Source: Candidatus Limnocylindrus sp. (GTDB taxonomy: Bacteria > Chloroflexota > Limnocylindria > Limnocylindrales > Limnocylindraceae). From it: 64,000 nucleotides of DNA. Each line of letters starts with the position of its first letter. Position 1 is the stretch's first letter. The DNA lies in the NCBI GenBank assembly GCA_040397175.1, contig JBBAWM010000003.1, positions 1-64,000 on the forward strand, read 5' to 3'. This document shows, piece by piece, positions 49,013-58,457 of the stretch. The notes beneath the pieces were generated by a model, which was not told the origin of the DNA, did no database searches, and worked only from the letters and a program-made list of their open reading frames with translations. Made by a program: the position numbers and the translations under genes.

Positions 49013-49807
49013 ATGTTGCCGCCGATTGAGCCAAAGCGTCGCACCGCACCCCAGCGCATGCCCTTCCGCCATATTGGCTCCACGATCTTGCTTGCGACGT
49101 CGTTCATCCTCGCCGCTGGCGCGCTTGTCACCTGGGGCATTGATCAGCAGATCGGTCCGTGGGCCCCCAACGGCGTCGTCGTTATTACAGAAGACCCGTC
49201 CCCTGACGGCTCGAGCGGTTCCCCCACTCCGGTAGCTGATCCATCCGACCCATCTGCACGATCGCACGATACGCCGCCACCCCTCCAACCAGTAGATCCG
49301 AGCCTGCTCGTGCCATCGGTGGTCGGAGATCCAGTCCGCATTCTGGTGAGTGGCGTATGGATCAACCTTCCGGTGGTGCGTCCGCCGATTGCTACCGACG
49401 GATCGCCACGATTCCCCTGGTGCCGCGTGGCGGAGTGGATGCCGAGCAAGGGGAAGGCCGACGGAAAGACCGGCATCCTCTTTATCTACGCGCATGGTCG
49501 CTACTGGGAGTTCGGCGGACTCCTCGACAAGACGCCAAAGCAGATGCTCGGCCAGATCATTGAGGTCGACACCCTGCCAAAGGTTGCTGGCCAGAAGCCG
49601 CTGCGCCTAAACTTCCGCGTGATTGAGGTTCGGCAGCACATCTCGACATGGGCCGACCTGAGCGATGTGCCAGACGGTCGCATCATCCTACAAACGTCTG
49701 AGACGATCCACCATGATGGGACGAAGCTCGCCATCATCGGGAGGTATATCAACACCGACCTGTCCCCACGACCGGTACCGGTAGCAAAGCCACAGATCTG
49801 CGAATAG
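49013..49807 (+). CDS. Membrane-anchored sortase-like protein (LQTS in place of LxTC)
   Basis: TM helix, Pro-rich linker, RILVSGVWINLPVV, FIYAH, IILQTS...KLAIIGR matches the sortase layout. Confidence 0.55.
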   Translation: MLPPIEPKRRTAPQRMPFRHIGSTILLATSFILAAGALVTWGIDQQIGPWAPNGVVVITEDPSPDGSSGSPTPVADPSDPSARSHDTPPPLQPVDPSLLVPSVVGDPVRILVSGVWINLPVVRPPIATDGSPRFPWCRVAEWMPSKGKADGKTGILFIYAHGRYWEFGGLLDKTPKQMLGQIIEVDTLPKVAGQKPLRLNFRVIEVRQHISTWADLSDVPDGRIILQTSETIHHDGTKLAIIGRYINTDLSPRPVPVAKPQICE

Positions 49808-49811
49808 CCTG

Positions 49812-51797
49812 ATGCGGGCTCCATCAACCAGCGCGGAATTCCGTCCTGACATTGAAGGGTTGCGGGGCATCGCAATTCTCTTCGTCTTGCTCTTTCATGC
49901 TGGGCTTCCGTGGACGCCTGGTGGATTTATTGGCGTTGACGTCTTCTTTGTCATTAGCGGCTTCTTGATCACGGGGAAGCTCTGGCGCGAGTCAGCGCAG
50001 CCGGGCGGGCTGAGCATCGCCAAGTTCTATGCCTGGCGGATCCGTCGACTACTCCCCGCAGCGCTCGTCGCCGTGGCAATCGTCTCACTCGTTGGGCTGC
50101 TCATTGCTGCGCCGCTCAATCGCAGCGAGCTGGCGGCAGATGGGGCATCGTCAGCACTCTCGCTCGCCAACATGCGATTCATCGGTTCGGTTGACTACTT
50201 CGCGCCAACCTCCAGCCCGTCACCCTTCTTGCACTTCTGGTCGCTCAGCGTCGAGGAGCAGTTCTATCTCGTCTGGCCCGCCCTGATCGCGCTGCTCACC
50301 TGGCGTGGCGGGAGCGCACGGCGACTGATCGCCGTGCTCCTCATTGGCGTGTGCGCCTCCTTCGCGCTCAGCGTGTGGCTGACCGATGCCTCACCAGCAC
50401 GCGCCTTCTACCTGCTCCCGACGCGCGTCTGGCAACTCGGAGCTGGGGGCCTCCTCGCCCTGATTGGCATCGCGGGCGGCTCGCGACGCGCGGGGGTTGT
50501 TGCGTGGCTGGGGCTCGCGGCGATCGCGCTTGCGGGCGTGGCGCTCAACGCCGACATGCCGTATCCCGGGTTCGCCGCCCTGATCCCCACTGCGGGAGCC
50601 GTGGCGCTGCTCTATGGCGGGGCTGCGCCAGCTGGGCCCCTTCGCCTCCTCACTGCCGCACCGCTGCGACTCCTCGGCAAGATCAGCTACTCGCTCTATC
50701 TATGGCACTGGCCACTCCTTGTGCTTCCCGCCATGCTCCTTGAGCGCCCACTCTCGGAGATCGAAGTGGTAGCGGCGGTTGCTGTGGCAATCGGTGTCTC
50801 GTGGTTGAGCTGGCGATTCGTTGAGCAGCCCTTTCGCTACGGAGATCGATCACGTCGTGCCACCTCATGGAGCGCGATTCGCCTTGGCGTTGCTGGGATT
50901 CTTGTCGTCACCCTCTTCACACAGGGACTTGCCGCTGGACTGGCAGCACCCGCAGTTGCCGTTCAGCCATCACCGAGCCCCTCGGGTTCACCGCTCGCGA
51001 GCGATGGGCCGATCGCGCTGCCGGCTGATCTCGCACCGTCGCTTGCAGTAGCACGCAGCGATGAGGAGCGACTCCGCGCCGATGGCTGTCTCGCGTTTGA
51101 GCGCGTCACCACTCCGCCAGACTGTGAGTATGGCGTCAAGGGATCAGCGATTACGATCGCCCTCGTTGGTGACTCACACGCCGCGCACTGGTTCCCCGCA
51201 ATTGAGGCGATCGCCCTAGACCGCGGCTGGCGGCTGCTGACATTCGTCAAGGTGTCGTGCTCGTTCACCACACTCGCGCAGCGAAACTTGGCCCTGAAGC
51301 GAGAGTACCGAGAGTGCACCACGTTCAACGAGGCAACCGTGGCGCGCATCAACGAGGTCAAACCGGCGCTGACTATCATCGTCAATCGCCGCACCTTCCG
51401 GCCAATCAGCGGCGGTGAAACGCCAGAACTAGCTGGGGCCGCGTTCGGCGCAATGGTCGCTCGACTCCCCGGTGCCACTGCCATCATCGTTGATACGCCA
51501 GACCCTGGCCGCGATGTGCCCGCCTGTCTCTCAAAGCATACGAACGACATTCGTGCCTGCCTCTTCACCAAAGACGATGCTGACAACAGCGATATTGGTG
51601 TGGCGGAACGGGTGGCGGCCGAGGCTGCAGGTGCGCAGCTGATTGATCTGACGAGTGAGATTTGTGCTGAGTGGCCCTGCTCGCCAATTCGCGGGAGCCT
51701 ATTGGTCTATCGCGATGAAGATCACATGACGGAGACGTTCTCGAGAGGCCTTGCTCTTCCCCTTGGAGAGGCGCTGACGAAGATTTTGCCGCGCTAG
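49812..51797 (+). CDS. O-acyltransferase, AT3 + SGNH domains
   Basis: FRPDIEGLRGIA, GVDVFFVISGF, HFWSLSVEEQFY, GDSHA, YRDEDH. Confidence 0.92.
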   Translation: MRAPSTSAEFRPDIEGLRGIAILFVLLFHAGLPWTPGGFIGVDVFFVISGFLITGKLWRESAQPGGLSIAKFYAWRIRRLLPAALVAVAIVSLVGLLIAAPLNRSELAADGASSALSLANMRFIGSVDYFAPTSSPSPFLHFWSLSVEEQFYLVWPALIALLTWRGGSARRLIAVLLIGVCASFALSVWLTDASPARAFYLLPTRVWQLGAGGLLALIGIAGGSRRAGVVAWLGLAAIALAGVALNADMPYPGFAALIPTAGAVALLYGGAAPAGPLRLLTAAPLRLLGKISYSLYLWHWPLLVLPAMLLERPLSEIEVVAAVAVAIGVSWLSWRFVEQPFRYGDRSRRATSWSAIRLGVAGILVVTLFTQGLAAGLAAPAVAVQPSPSPSGSPLASDGPIALPADLAPSLAVARSDEERLRADGCLAFERVTTPPDCEYGVKGSAITIALVGDSHAAHWFPAIEAIALDRGWRLLTFVKVSCSFTTLAQRNLALKREYRECTTFNEATVARINEVKPALTIIVNRRTFRPISGGETPELAGAAFGAMVARLPGATAIIVDTPDPGRDVPACLSKHTNDIRACLFTKDDADNSDIGVAERVAAEAAGAQLIDLTSEICAEWPCSPIRGSLLVYRDEDHMTETFSRGLALPLGEALTKILPR

Positions 51798-52585
51798 CGC
51801 TGTGCCCGCTCTGCCGCGTAGAGCATGATTGCGGAGGCCACCGCAAGGTTGAGGCTCTCCGCGGTTCCCAGCATGGGAATGAGAGCTGCGCTGGCACAGG
51901 CGCTGCGCAGGTTTGCGCTTAGGCCATCCGCCTCCGTGCCGATTACGATCATCGTTGGTGTCGCATATGGCAACGCGCTGTAGTCGGAGGCGCCATCCAG
52001 TGCGGTGGCGACCGTGCTCCCTGGCCAGCCCTTGAGCAGGGTGACCGCCTCCTCGTGTGTCGCGCGATAGATCGGCACGGTGAAGATCGACCCCATCGTG
52101 GCGCGGACCGTTTCAATGGAGTACGGGTCGCAGGTGTTGCCAACCAGAATCACGCCACCAGCGGCGCACGCATCGGCGCTGCGAATGGCGCTGCCGAGAT
52201 TGCCAGGGTCGCGCGGCGCTTCCAGCATGAGCCAGCGCGCCGCACACGTCGGGTCGATGCCCATCACCGATTGAACATCGGGGGCCGGATCGGCATAGAC
52301 GGCGAGCTGCTCCTGCGGATTGTCACGCCCGGTGATCTTCGCCAGCACCTCGGTCGTGACCGAAAACGATTCGCGTGCACGGCTCGCTCCACCATCGATG
52401 GGGGCGCGCAAGGGCCCCGCGGTCAGCAGCATCTCGGGGATCCAGCCCGCAGCGGTGGCGGTAGCAATCGTGCGCTCGCCCTCCGCCAAGAAGAGGCGCT
52501 GCTCGTCACGCCCCTTCGGCGTGCGTAGGGCGCGCAGACCCTTCACGACCGGGTTGGAGAGACTCTCGATGCGCAACGGCTGCAT
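51794..52585 (-). CDS. TrmH/SpoU family RNA 2'-O-methyltransferase
   Basis: DPGNLGSAIRSA, RATMGS, IGTEADGL, IPMLG.AESLNLA. Confidence 0.92.
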   Translation of the reverse strand: MQPLRIESLSNPVVKGLRALRTPKGRDEQRLFLAEGERTIATATAAGWIPEMLLTAGPLRAPIDGGASRARESFSVTTEVLAKITGRDNPQEQLAVYADPAPDVQSVMGIDPTCAARWLMLEAPRDPGNLGSAIRSADACAAGGVILVGNTCDPYSIETVRATMGSIFTVPIYRATHEEAVTLLKGWPGSTVATALDGASDYSALPYATPTMIVIGTEADGLSANLRSACASAALIPMLGTAESLNLAVASAIMLYAAERAQR

Positions 52586-52600
52586 GTGGTGAGGATACCC

Positions 52601-53575
52601 TTAGGGGGCTGCGACAGTTGCGCCAATGACGCGTAAGAGGGAGTCGTTGCCACGCGCATCCTGCGACAGCTCCCAGATCATGATGCCCCCGACCAGCCGC
52701 ATCGCAAGCTCGGTCTTTCGCTGAATCGTTGCTGGACCGTTGTAGTTCTGTTCCACACCCTGGTAGAGCACCCGGTCCCCACTCGCGGTCGCTGGGTCGT
52801 TCTCCAGCAGCGTGCGGTAGGTGGCGTTCCCCGGCCGAGCGTAGAACGGCACGCCAATCACAAGCTTCTCGGGCTGAATGCCGCGCGAGATCCAGCTCGC
52901 GATGGAGCGCTCCGCCATTGCGTACGAAGCGTGCTCCTCTCTTGGTCCGTCGTACGCCATCAGGTTGATGTAGTCGAGGTGCGCAACCGCTTCGGTCGAG
53001 ATCCCTTCGGCATCTGGTGCATTCGCCAGCACAGCCGCGGTCACGATTGCTCCAGTTGGCAGCGCCGCACGCAGCGCAAGGACGAGTGCGGTGAAGTGTG
53101 CCGCCGAAACCCCCGCATTCGGATACTCCCAATCAATGTCAACACCATCGAGTTGATAGGTGTCACAGAAGGCTGCCACGCGCCGTGCAAGGTTTGCCCG
53201 GATTGCCGGGTCGGCAGCAAGCGCCTCAAACTCGCGATCCCAACCCCAGCCGCCGAGGGCGATCAGCACCTTGACACCATACCTCTTCGCCTGCGTGACA
53301 ACCTTGCGCAAATGATTCGGCGCACTAAATGGTCGAACCGTGCCGTTCGAGCGCGGGATGAGAAAGGCGTAATTGATGTGCGTCAGTAGCGAAAAGTCGA
53401 TCTCGTTGATGTTGGCGGCAGGCGAGACATAGCCAACAACCTTGAACGGTTGAGTTCGCTGGATCTGCGTTGGGCTCGCCGACTCGTTGGGGGCGACCAC
53501 GACAGAGCAGCCAGCGAGTGTCAGCACGAGGGACAGCACCGCGAAACGCCGTGCGATTCGCGCAGCGAACATCAT
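52601..53575 (-). CDS. Glycoside hydrolase family 18 (chitinase-like) lipoprotein
   Basis: Lipobox LAGC, LTHINYAF, LGGW, DGVDIDWEYP, MAYD, GIMIWELSQD. Confidence 0.9.
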   Translation of the reverse strand: MMFAARIARRFAVLSLVLTLAGCSVVVAPNESASPTQIQRTQPFKVVGYVSPAANINEIDFSLLTHINYAFLIPRSNGTVRPFSAPNHLRKVVTQAKRYGVKVLIALGGWGWDREFEALAADPAIRANLARRVAAFCDTYQLDGVDIDWEYPNAGVSAAHFTALVLALRAALPTGAIVTAAVLANAPDAEGISTEAVAHLDYINLMAYDGPREEHASYAMAERSIASWISRGIQPEKLVIGVPFYARPGNATYRTLLENDPATASGDRVLYQGVEQNYNGPATIQRKTELAMRLVGGIMIWELSQDARGNDSLLRVIGATVAAP

Positions 53576-56280
53576 CAGCGACGCGTCTTGATGGCGCCGA
53601 GTTCAACGCGAGGTGATGGTCCAGCTGGTGCTGACCAGGCGATCAGCGTCACCTTGTAGGTGACCCCCTTCACGAGATTCGTGATCCTGCAGTGGGCGGC
53701 GGCTCCTGCAACTTGGGTAACCGTTGAGCCGGCTACGGAACAGCTACGAGTCGTTCGGCCCCGCGCGGTAGCGGTCGCAATCCAGCCCGCCGCCACGGTG
53801 GAATCTGCCGGAAGTGTCCAGTCGACGCGGATGGTGCCTCGACCCGCCGTGAGTGTTGTGCCAACAGGTGCACCGGGCACCTGCGTCGCCCAGGCACCGA
53901 TGCAGCGGCCGCCGCTACCGCCAGGAGTCGCACTGCGCACCCGTGTCGCGGCATACATCCCGCCGAACGCACTCCCCGCGAGGGCATCGGGCTCAACGGC
54001 GAGCCCCGTGCCGATAGTGGAGTAGCGCTGGGTGATCGGATCCCACACGGCAAGGTTCGGCGCAAGGAGGGCACCGGCACGTGCAAAGTAGCCGCCAACG
54101 GCAATCGTGCCGTCGCCGAGGGTCGCCATCGCCGTCACCCACGACGTCCGTCGCGGATAACTCACGCCACCACCCAAGGGGATCCAGCCGCCAGGTGCGG
54201 CAGGCTCAATCATTTGTACCGCTTCGCCATACCATCCGACACCGCGCCCAATTAGCGGATGGCCGAGCGAGTCAACGACCATGCTCGTCGGAAGATCGGA
54301 GAAGAGCCGAGCGTCACCGATCACGCTCCACTGCTTTGTCGTCGGGCTCCACGCAGAGACAAGCCCGTCCACGAACCTGCCGGCGGCGTAGACCGTGCCG
54401 TCGCTGGAGAGTGCCGCCGTGGCGACATCGGATTGCAGCCCAGCACCGAGGCGCAGCCATCTCTGTCTCACTGGGCTCCAAAGTGCAATGTTTGCCGAGG
54501 CGGCACCGCCCGCCTTCGTAAAGTGACCAGCAACCAAAAGGGTGCCGCTCGCCTCATTGAGCGAGAGGGCTCGGACCGAGATCGCCTCTCCAGTCAGCCC
54601 AGTGCCAACCCCTGACCAGACACCGGTGCGCAGATTCAGCTGGGCGATTCCGACCGCCGCAACACGGCGGGCGCCTCGCGTCACGCTGCTGAAGTTGCCG
54701 GCGACATACAGGATGTTTCTGGTCGCATCGACGGCGAGGCTATACACCGAGGCAACGCGGCCCTTTGAACCGTTCAGCATCGCAAGTGCCTTCCAGGAGC
54801 CGGTCCGCGGGTCGCGCACGGCGAGGCCCGCCACCGACACGCCGGCAGCTTTTGTCAGCCCGACGCCCCCAACAACAAGGCGGCCGTCGGGAAGCTCCGC
54901 CATCGTGGTGGAACTTCCAACCCAGCCATCGGTTGAGCCGAGGGCGATCCATCGAGCCGCCAGCGCATCACTGCTGCTGCTCGGTGTGGGATCGCCGCAG
55001 AAGTCCACGGGTAGGGCCACAGGTGGATCTGGTGGCTCCGGGTCCCCACTCTCCGCGGCGGTTGGACGTGCAACGCCACTCGCATCCGCGGAGGGCCGAT
55101 CAACCACCTTGAAGAGATCCTGCACGAGGTCGTCAGCGAAGGAGTTTGTCGACGGTGTGCCATTCGCGACCGCCGCAATGGTGATGCCAAGTGCGGGAAT
55201 TCGGTGAAGTGAGCTCGTGACCCCAGAGAATCCACCGTTGTGGCCGTAGCTGCGCAGCGCTCCAAGCCAGGTGCGATCCACTTGTGTTCCGTAGTTATAG
55301 AGCCACGACGACCAGGTTTGATGTCCGATGCCATTCATCGCTAATGTCTCAGGGCCCTCCGTGAGGCGGTTCCCCCAGAAGAGTTCTCCGAATCGTGCCA
55401 GGTCCCGCGGCGTTGACATGATGTCGCCGGCGCCTCGCAAGATCGTGGCAACCGACTTGCTGGGACCCCATCCAGCGAATCCGTAGGGTTTCCCTCCCAT
55501 ATGCGGTCGAGCGGCACCAGCCTTCGGCCCCCACCCGGTCTCCGACATGCCCATCGGGTCGAGCACGAGCGTCTGAACCAGCCTCTTCCAGTCGACACCG
55601 GTCGCACGCTCCGCGGCGATCGTCACGAGGGTGAATCCAGAGTTTGAATATGCGAACTCACCAACGGTGGTTGGTGGCAGCAGGTTTCGTACCGCGGTGA
55701 GTGGGGCAACCTTCGCATTCTGATGTCTGCTGAGCCACCCCATTCTCGAGTCGTTGTCAGTGAGCCAATCACTCATGCCCGATCGATGCAAGAGCAGCTG
55801 GGCAATCGTTACCTCGGAGGCCACGTCGGCTTCGGGCACCAGTGATGCGGCACGGGTGTCAAGCGGCAAGATTCCGCAGTGGTCAAGCAGCAGTGCTACC
55901 GCAGAGGTGATCGCCTTGCTCGTGCTCGCGATTGCGAACGGCATCGATGGGGTAACCACGCGCCTACTCGTGGTGTCACCCACTCCCGCAGTAGCGGTGA
56001 GGCTCCGGCCGTCATCCCAGCGAATGGCAACGGAGACACCTGGGAGGCGTGATCGACGCCCCTTCTGCCAGGCCACGACCTTTGCGGTGATGGCACGGGC
56101 GAGAGCGGGGTCGACCGCCCGTGCCGCCGGAAGCGGTACAGGACGCGCCGCGCACGCCTGCCAATTGACGGGATCAGACGCAGCAACCGCTGCCACCGTT
56201 TGACCAGAGAGGTTGATCGCGACGGCGAGCAGGGCGACGCACAGGTGAGCGGCGCGACGCGGTCGAGCGGTGAATCGCAT
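53575..56280 (-). CDS. Secreted beta-lactamase-family serine hydrolase with beta-propeller repeats and C-terminal FN3-like domain
   Basis: Signal peptide, SxxK (STSK), LLLHRSG, YSN, GHNGG; repeated VAGxF...W.xLG blades; C-terminal GVTYKVTL. Confidence 0.8.
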   Translation of the reverse strand: MRFTARPRRAAHLCVALLAVAINLSGQTVAAVAASDPVNWQACAARPVPLPAARAVDPALARAITAKVVAWQKGRRSRLPGVSVAIRWDDGRSLTATAGVGDTTSRRVVTPSMPFAIASTSKAITSAVALLLDHCGILPLDTRAASLVPEADVASEVTIAQLLLHRSGMSDWLTDNDSRMGWLSRHQNAKVAPLTAVRNLLPPTTVGEFAYSNSGFTLVTIAAERATGVDWKRLVQTLVLDPMGMSETGWGPKAGAARPHMGGKPYGFAGWGPSKSVATILRGAGDIMSTPRDLARFGELFWGNRLTEGPETLAMNGIGHQTWSSWLYNYGTQVDRTWLGALRSYGHNGGFSGVTSSLHRIPALGITIAAVANGTPSTNSFADDLVQDLFKVVDRPSADASGVARPTAAESGDPEPPDPPVALPVDFCGDPTPSSSSDALAARWIALGSTDGWVGSSTTMAELPDGRLVVGGVGLTKAAGVSVAGLAVRDPRTGSWKALAMLNGSKGRVASVYSLAVDATRNILYVAGNFSSVTRGARRVAAVGIAQLNLRTGVWSGVGTGLTGEAISVRALSLNEASGTLLVAGHFTKAGGAASANIALWSPVRQRWLRLGAGLQSDVATAALSSDGTVYAAGRFVDGLVSAWSPTTKQWSVIGDARLFSDLPTSMVVDSLGHPLIGRGVGWYGEAVQMIEPAAPGGWIPLGGGVSYPRRTSWVTAMATLGDGTIAVGGYFARAGALLAPNLAVWDPITQRYSTIGTGLAVEPDALAGSAFGGMYAATRVRSATPGGSGGRCIGAWATQVPGAPVGTTLTAGRGTIRVDWTLPADSTVAAGWIATATARGRTTRSCSVAGSTVTQVAGAAAHCRITNLVKGVTYKVTLIAWSAPAGPSPRVELGAIKTRR

Positions 56281-56366
56281 GGGAAGAGTCTAGCGCCGTA
56301 CCCTCAGGGCAGCACGATAGAATGGCGCAAGCAAGCTAAGCGGCTTGCAGCAGATGGAGAGTAGAA

Positions 56367-56777
56367 ATGCCTGAAGTGAATGCACTTGCGATCATCGCCG
56401 GAACCGCCGTTAGTTTTGTCAGCGGCTTCCTCTGGTTTGGACCAGCAACGTTCTATCCGACCTGGTGGCGCTTGATGGGGAAGGGGCCAAAGGATGTGCC
56501 GGGTGGCGGCCTCAATATGAGGATCGCCTTCGGCTCTGTGCTCGTGGGTCAGATCTTGCAGGTCACGGTGCTTGCACTCATCGTCAGCGCCATTAAACTC
56601 ACCGCGCCAATCGACGGTGCGCTCGTTGGCCTGTTGATCGGCGTCGGCATTGTTGGGGGTAGCAGCCTCAGCCATCGGATCTTTGCGGGACACGGCTTTG
56701 GCGTCCTGCTCATTGAGGCAGGGAACGACATCGTGAATCTTGGGCTCGTTGGTGCGCTCCTGGTGGCGCTGCGCTAG
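56367..56777 (+). CDS. DUF1761 family membrane protein
   Basis: VNALAII...GFLWFGP..F...W, LLIEAG; SD GGAGAG. Confidence 0.75.
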   Translation: MPEVNALAIIAGTAVSFVSGFLWFGPATFYPTWWRLMGKGPKDVPGGGLNMRIAFGSVLVGQILQVTVLALIVSAIKLTAPIDGALVGLLIGVGIVGGSSLSHRIFAGHGFGVLLIEAGNDIVNLGLVGALLVALR

Positions 56778-56839
56778 GCCCACGGGCCGTACCTGCAGTC
56801 GGCGCGACTGGCCCGTGCAGTCGGGTAGTGCGCGGCGGG

Positions 56840-58450
56840 TTACGGCTGGCTGACCCCTGGGTCAACCACGGAGAGAAGGACCGAGGTACGGCCCCACCCT
56901 CGGCCTGAGGTAGCGCCGTCGCGGCCATCACCGTACGCCAGTACGGTCAGACCATTGGCGGTACATGCTGCGGAGTCGGCAAGGCCGATCCCGTTGTGAT
57001 TGCGTCCGAGCACCCGCGCGTTCCAAGAGGCGCGTGCGGTGACGAGTGGCGGCGCCCAGGTTGCTCCCGCATCACGCGACACAAAGGCGTAACCGCCAAT
57101 CACGACTGGGGGTCGACGGGTCGCGCGGAGCTCTTTCGCCATGAGTGCCGTAGCGGTGCGCAGGCCTACGACGACACGGCCGTCACCGCAGGCGGTGACA
57201 ACGGGTCGGAAGGATCCCGACGCCCCTCCGCCGGTACTTCTTGCCCCGGCAACGCGAATCGAGGGTAGATCTTGCCAGCTCCATGTCAGGCCGCCGTCGA
57301 GGCTAGTGCCAAGTCGGACGAGTGCCGCAGGCGGCTGTGACCGAACGGTCCGAACGTCACCGACCGCCAGGTAGATTGCACCGCTCGTGGGGTCAACGCT
57401 CAGTCCGTAGGCCCACGTGGGATCGGCAATGAGGGCGTTGGTTCCTGGGTAAAAGATGCCCGCGAGGGTCTGCGGGCTCCGCGAAACCTCGGTAGCAACG
57501 ACCGTTGGGCCGACGTTGATCGTGCCGCCAACCCTGTCAACCGTAACCGCCGCGGTCGTGAACGCCTGTCGGCACACATTGGCACTATCCCCTTTGGCAA
57601 ATGGGCTTGTTGGGCTCCAGCGGCGAAGGTCTGACTGATATCCAACGACATGCAAGATGCCGTCGGCGCCCACAGCGCCACGATACGAGATGCGCCACGT
57701 GTAGCGGCAGCCCTCCGGAAGAGGTGCCGGTGGCACCTCGGCGCCGAGCGACCAGGTACCACCGTAATCTGTTGAAGCGAGCACGCGCATCCCCGATCCC
57801 CCGCTCTCACCAAGCGCGTGGTTGTAGATCACGAACACGTTGCCGAAGCCTGGGCTCACGGAATTCCTATCGACGGTGATCGCCGGGAGTCCACCGATCC
57901 AGGGTGCGGTGCTCGAGTTTATGACGGGCTTCGACCAGGTGACTCCCTCATCGTCACTTCACGCCATGGTCACGGAGTGCTTCTTGTAATTGCAGCCCGG
58001 CACGGTGGTGTTTACCCAATAGAGGCGCGCACTCCCTTCGGTCGGGCCTGGGCCCCAGGCAATGGTTGCGTGGTAGCTCTGACCTCGACCGCCGCCGAGT
58101 CCAGGCCCCACCTTGGTACTTCTCCACGTTGCCCCACCATCGTGCGAGATGCGGACGACGGAGCCGGACCCGCAGTGCATCCAGCTCTCGTACCCCTGAT
58201 AGACGACAGCAAGGGTATTGGGATCCGTTGGGTGGGTGGTGACGGTTGGCTCGTATGCGCTGTTTCGTGGCCACGCCCGCCCATTGAAACTTGGACTGAC
58301 GCGGTACTCCACCGATGTTGGGTCGGCACCCACCTCGAACGGCAGGACGCCGGAGACGGCCGACTCAGAACGCATGCGAGCGGCAACGGGCGCTGGGCCG
58401 GCGACGCCGATAAGAAGGGCCGCGGCCAACAGGAGTGGGCTCCAGATCAT
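56840..58450 (-). pseudogene. Secreted sialidase/BNR-repeat protein interrupted by one in-frame TGA (57959-57961)
   Basis: Asp-boxes SHDGGATW, *SDDEGVTW, STDYGGTW, SLDGGLTW, SRDAGATW all in one frame across the stop. Confidence 0.75.
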
Positions 58451-58457
58451 GCGCACA

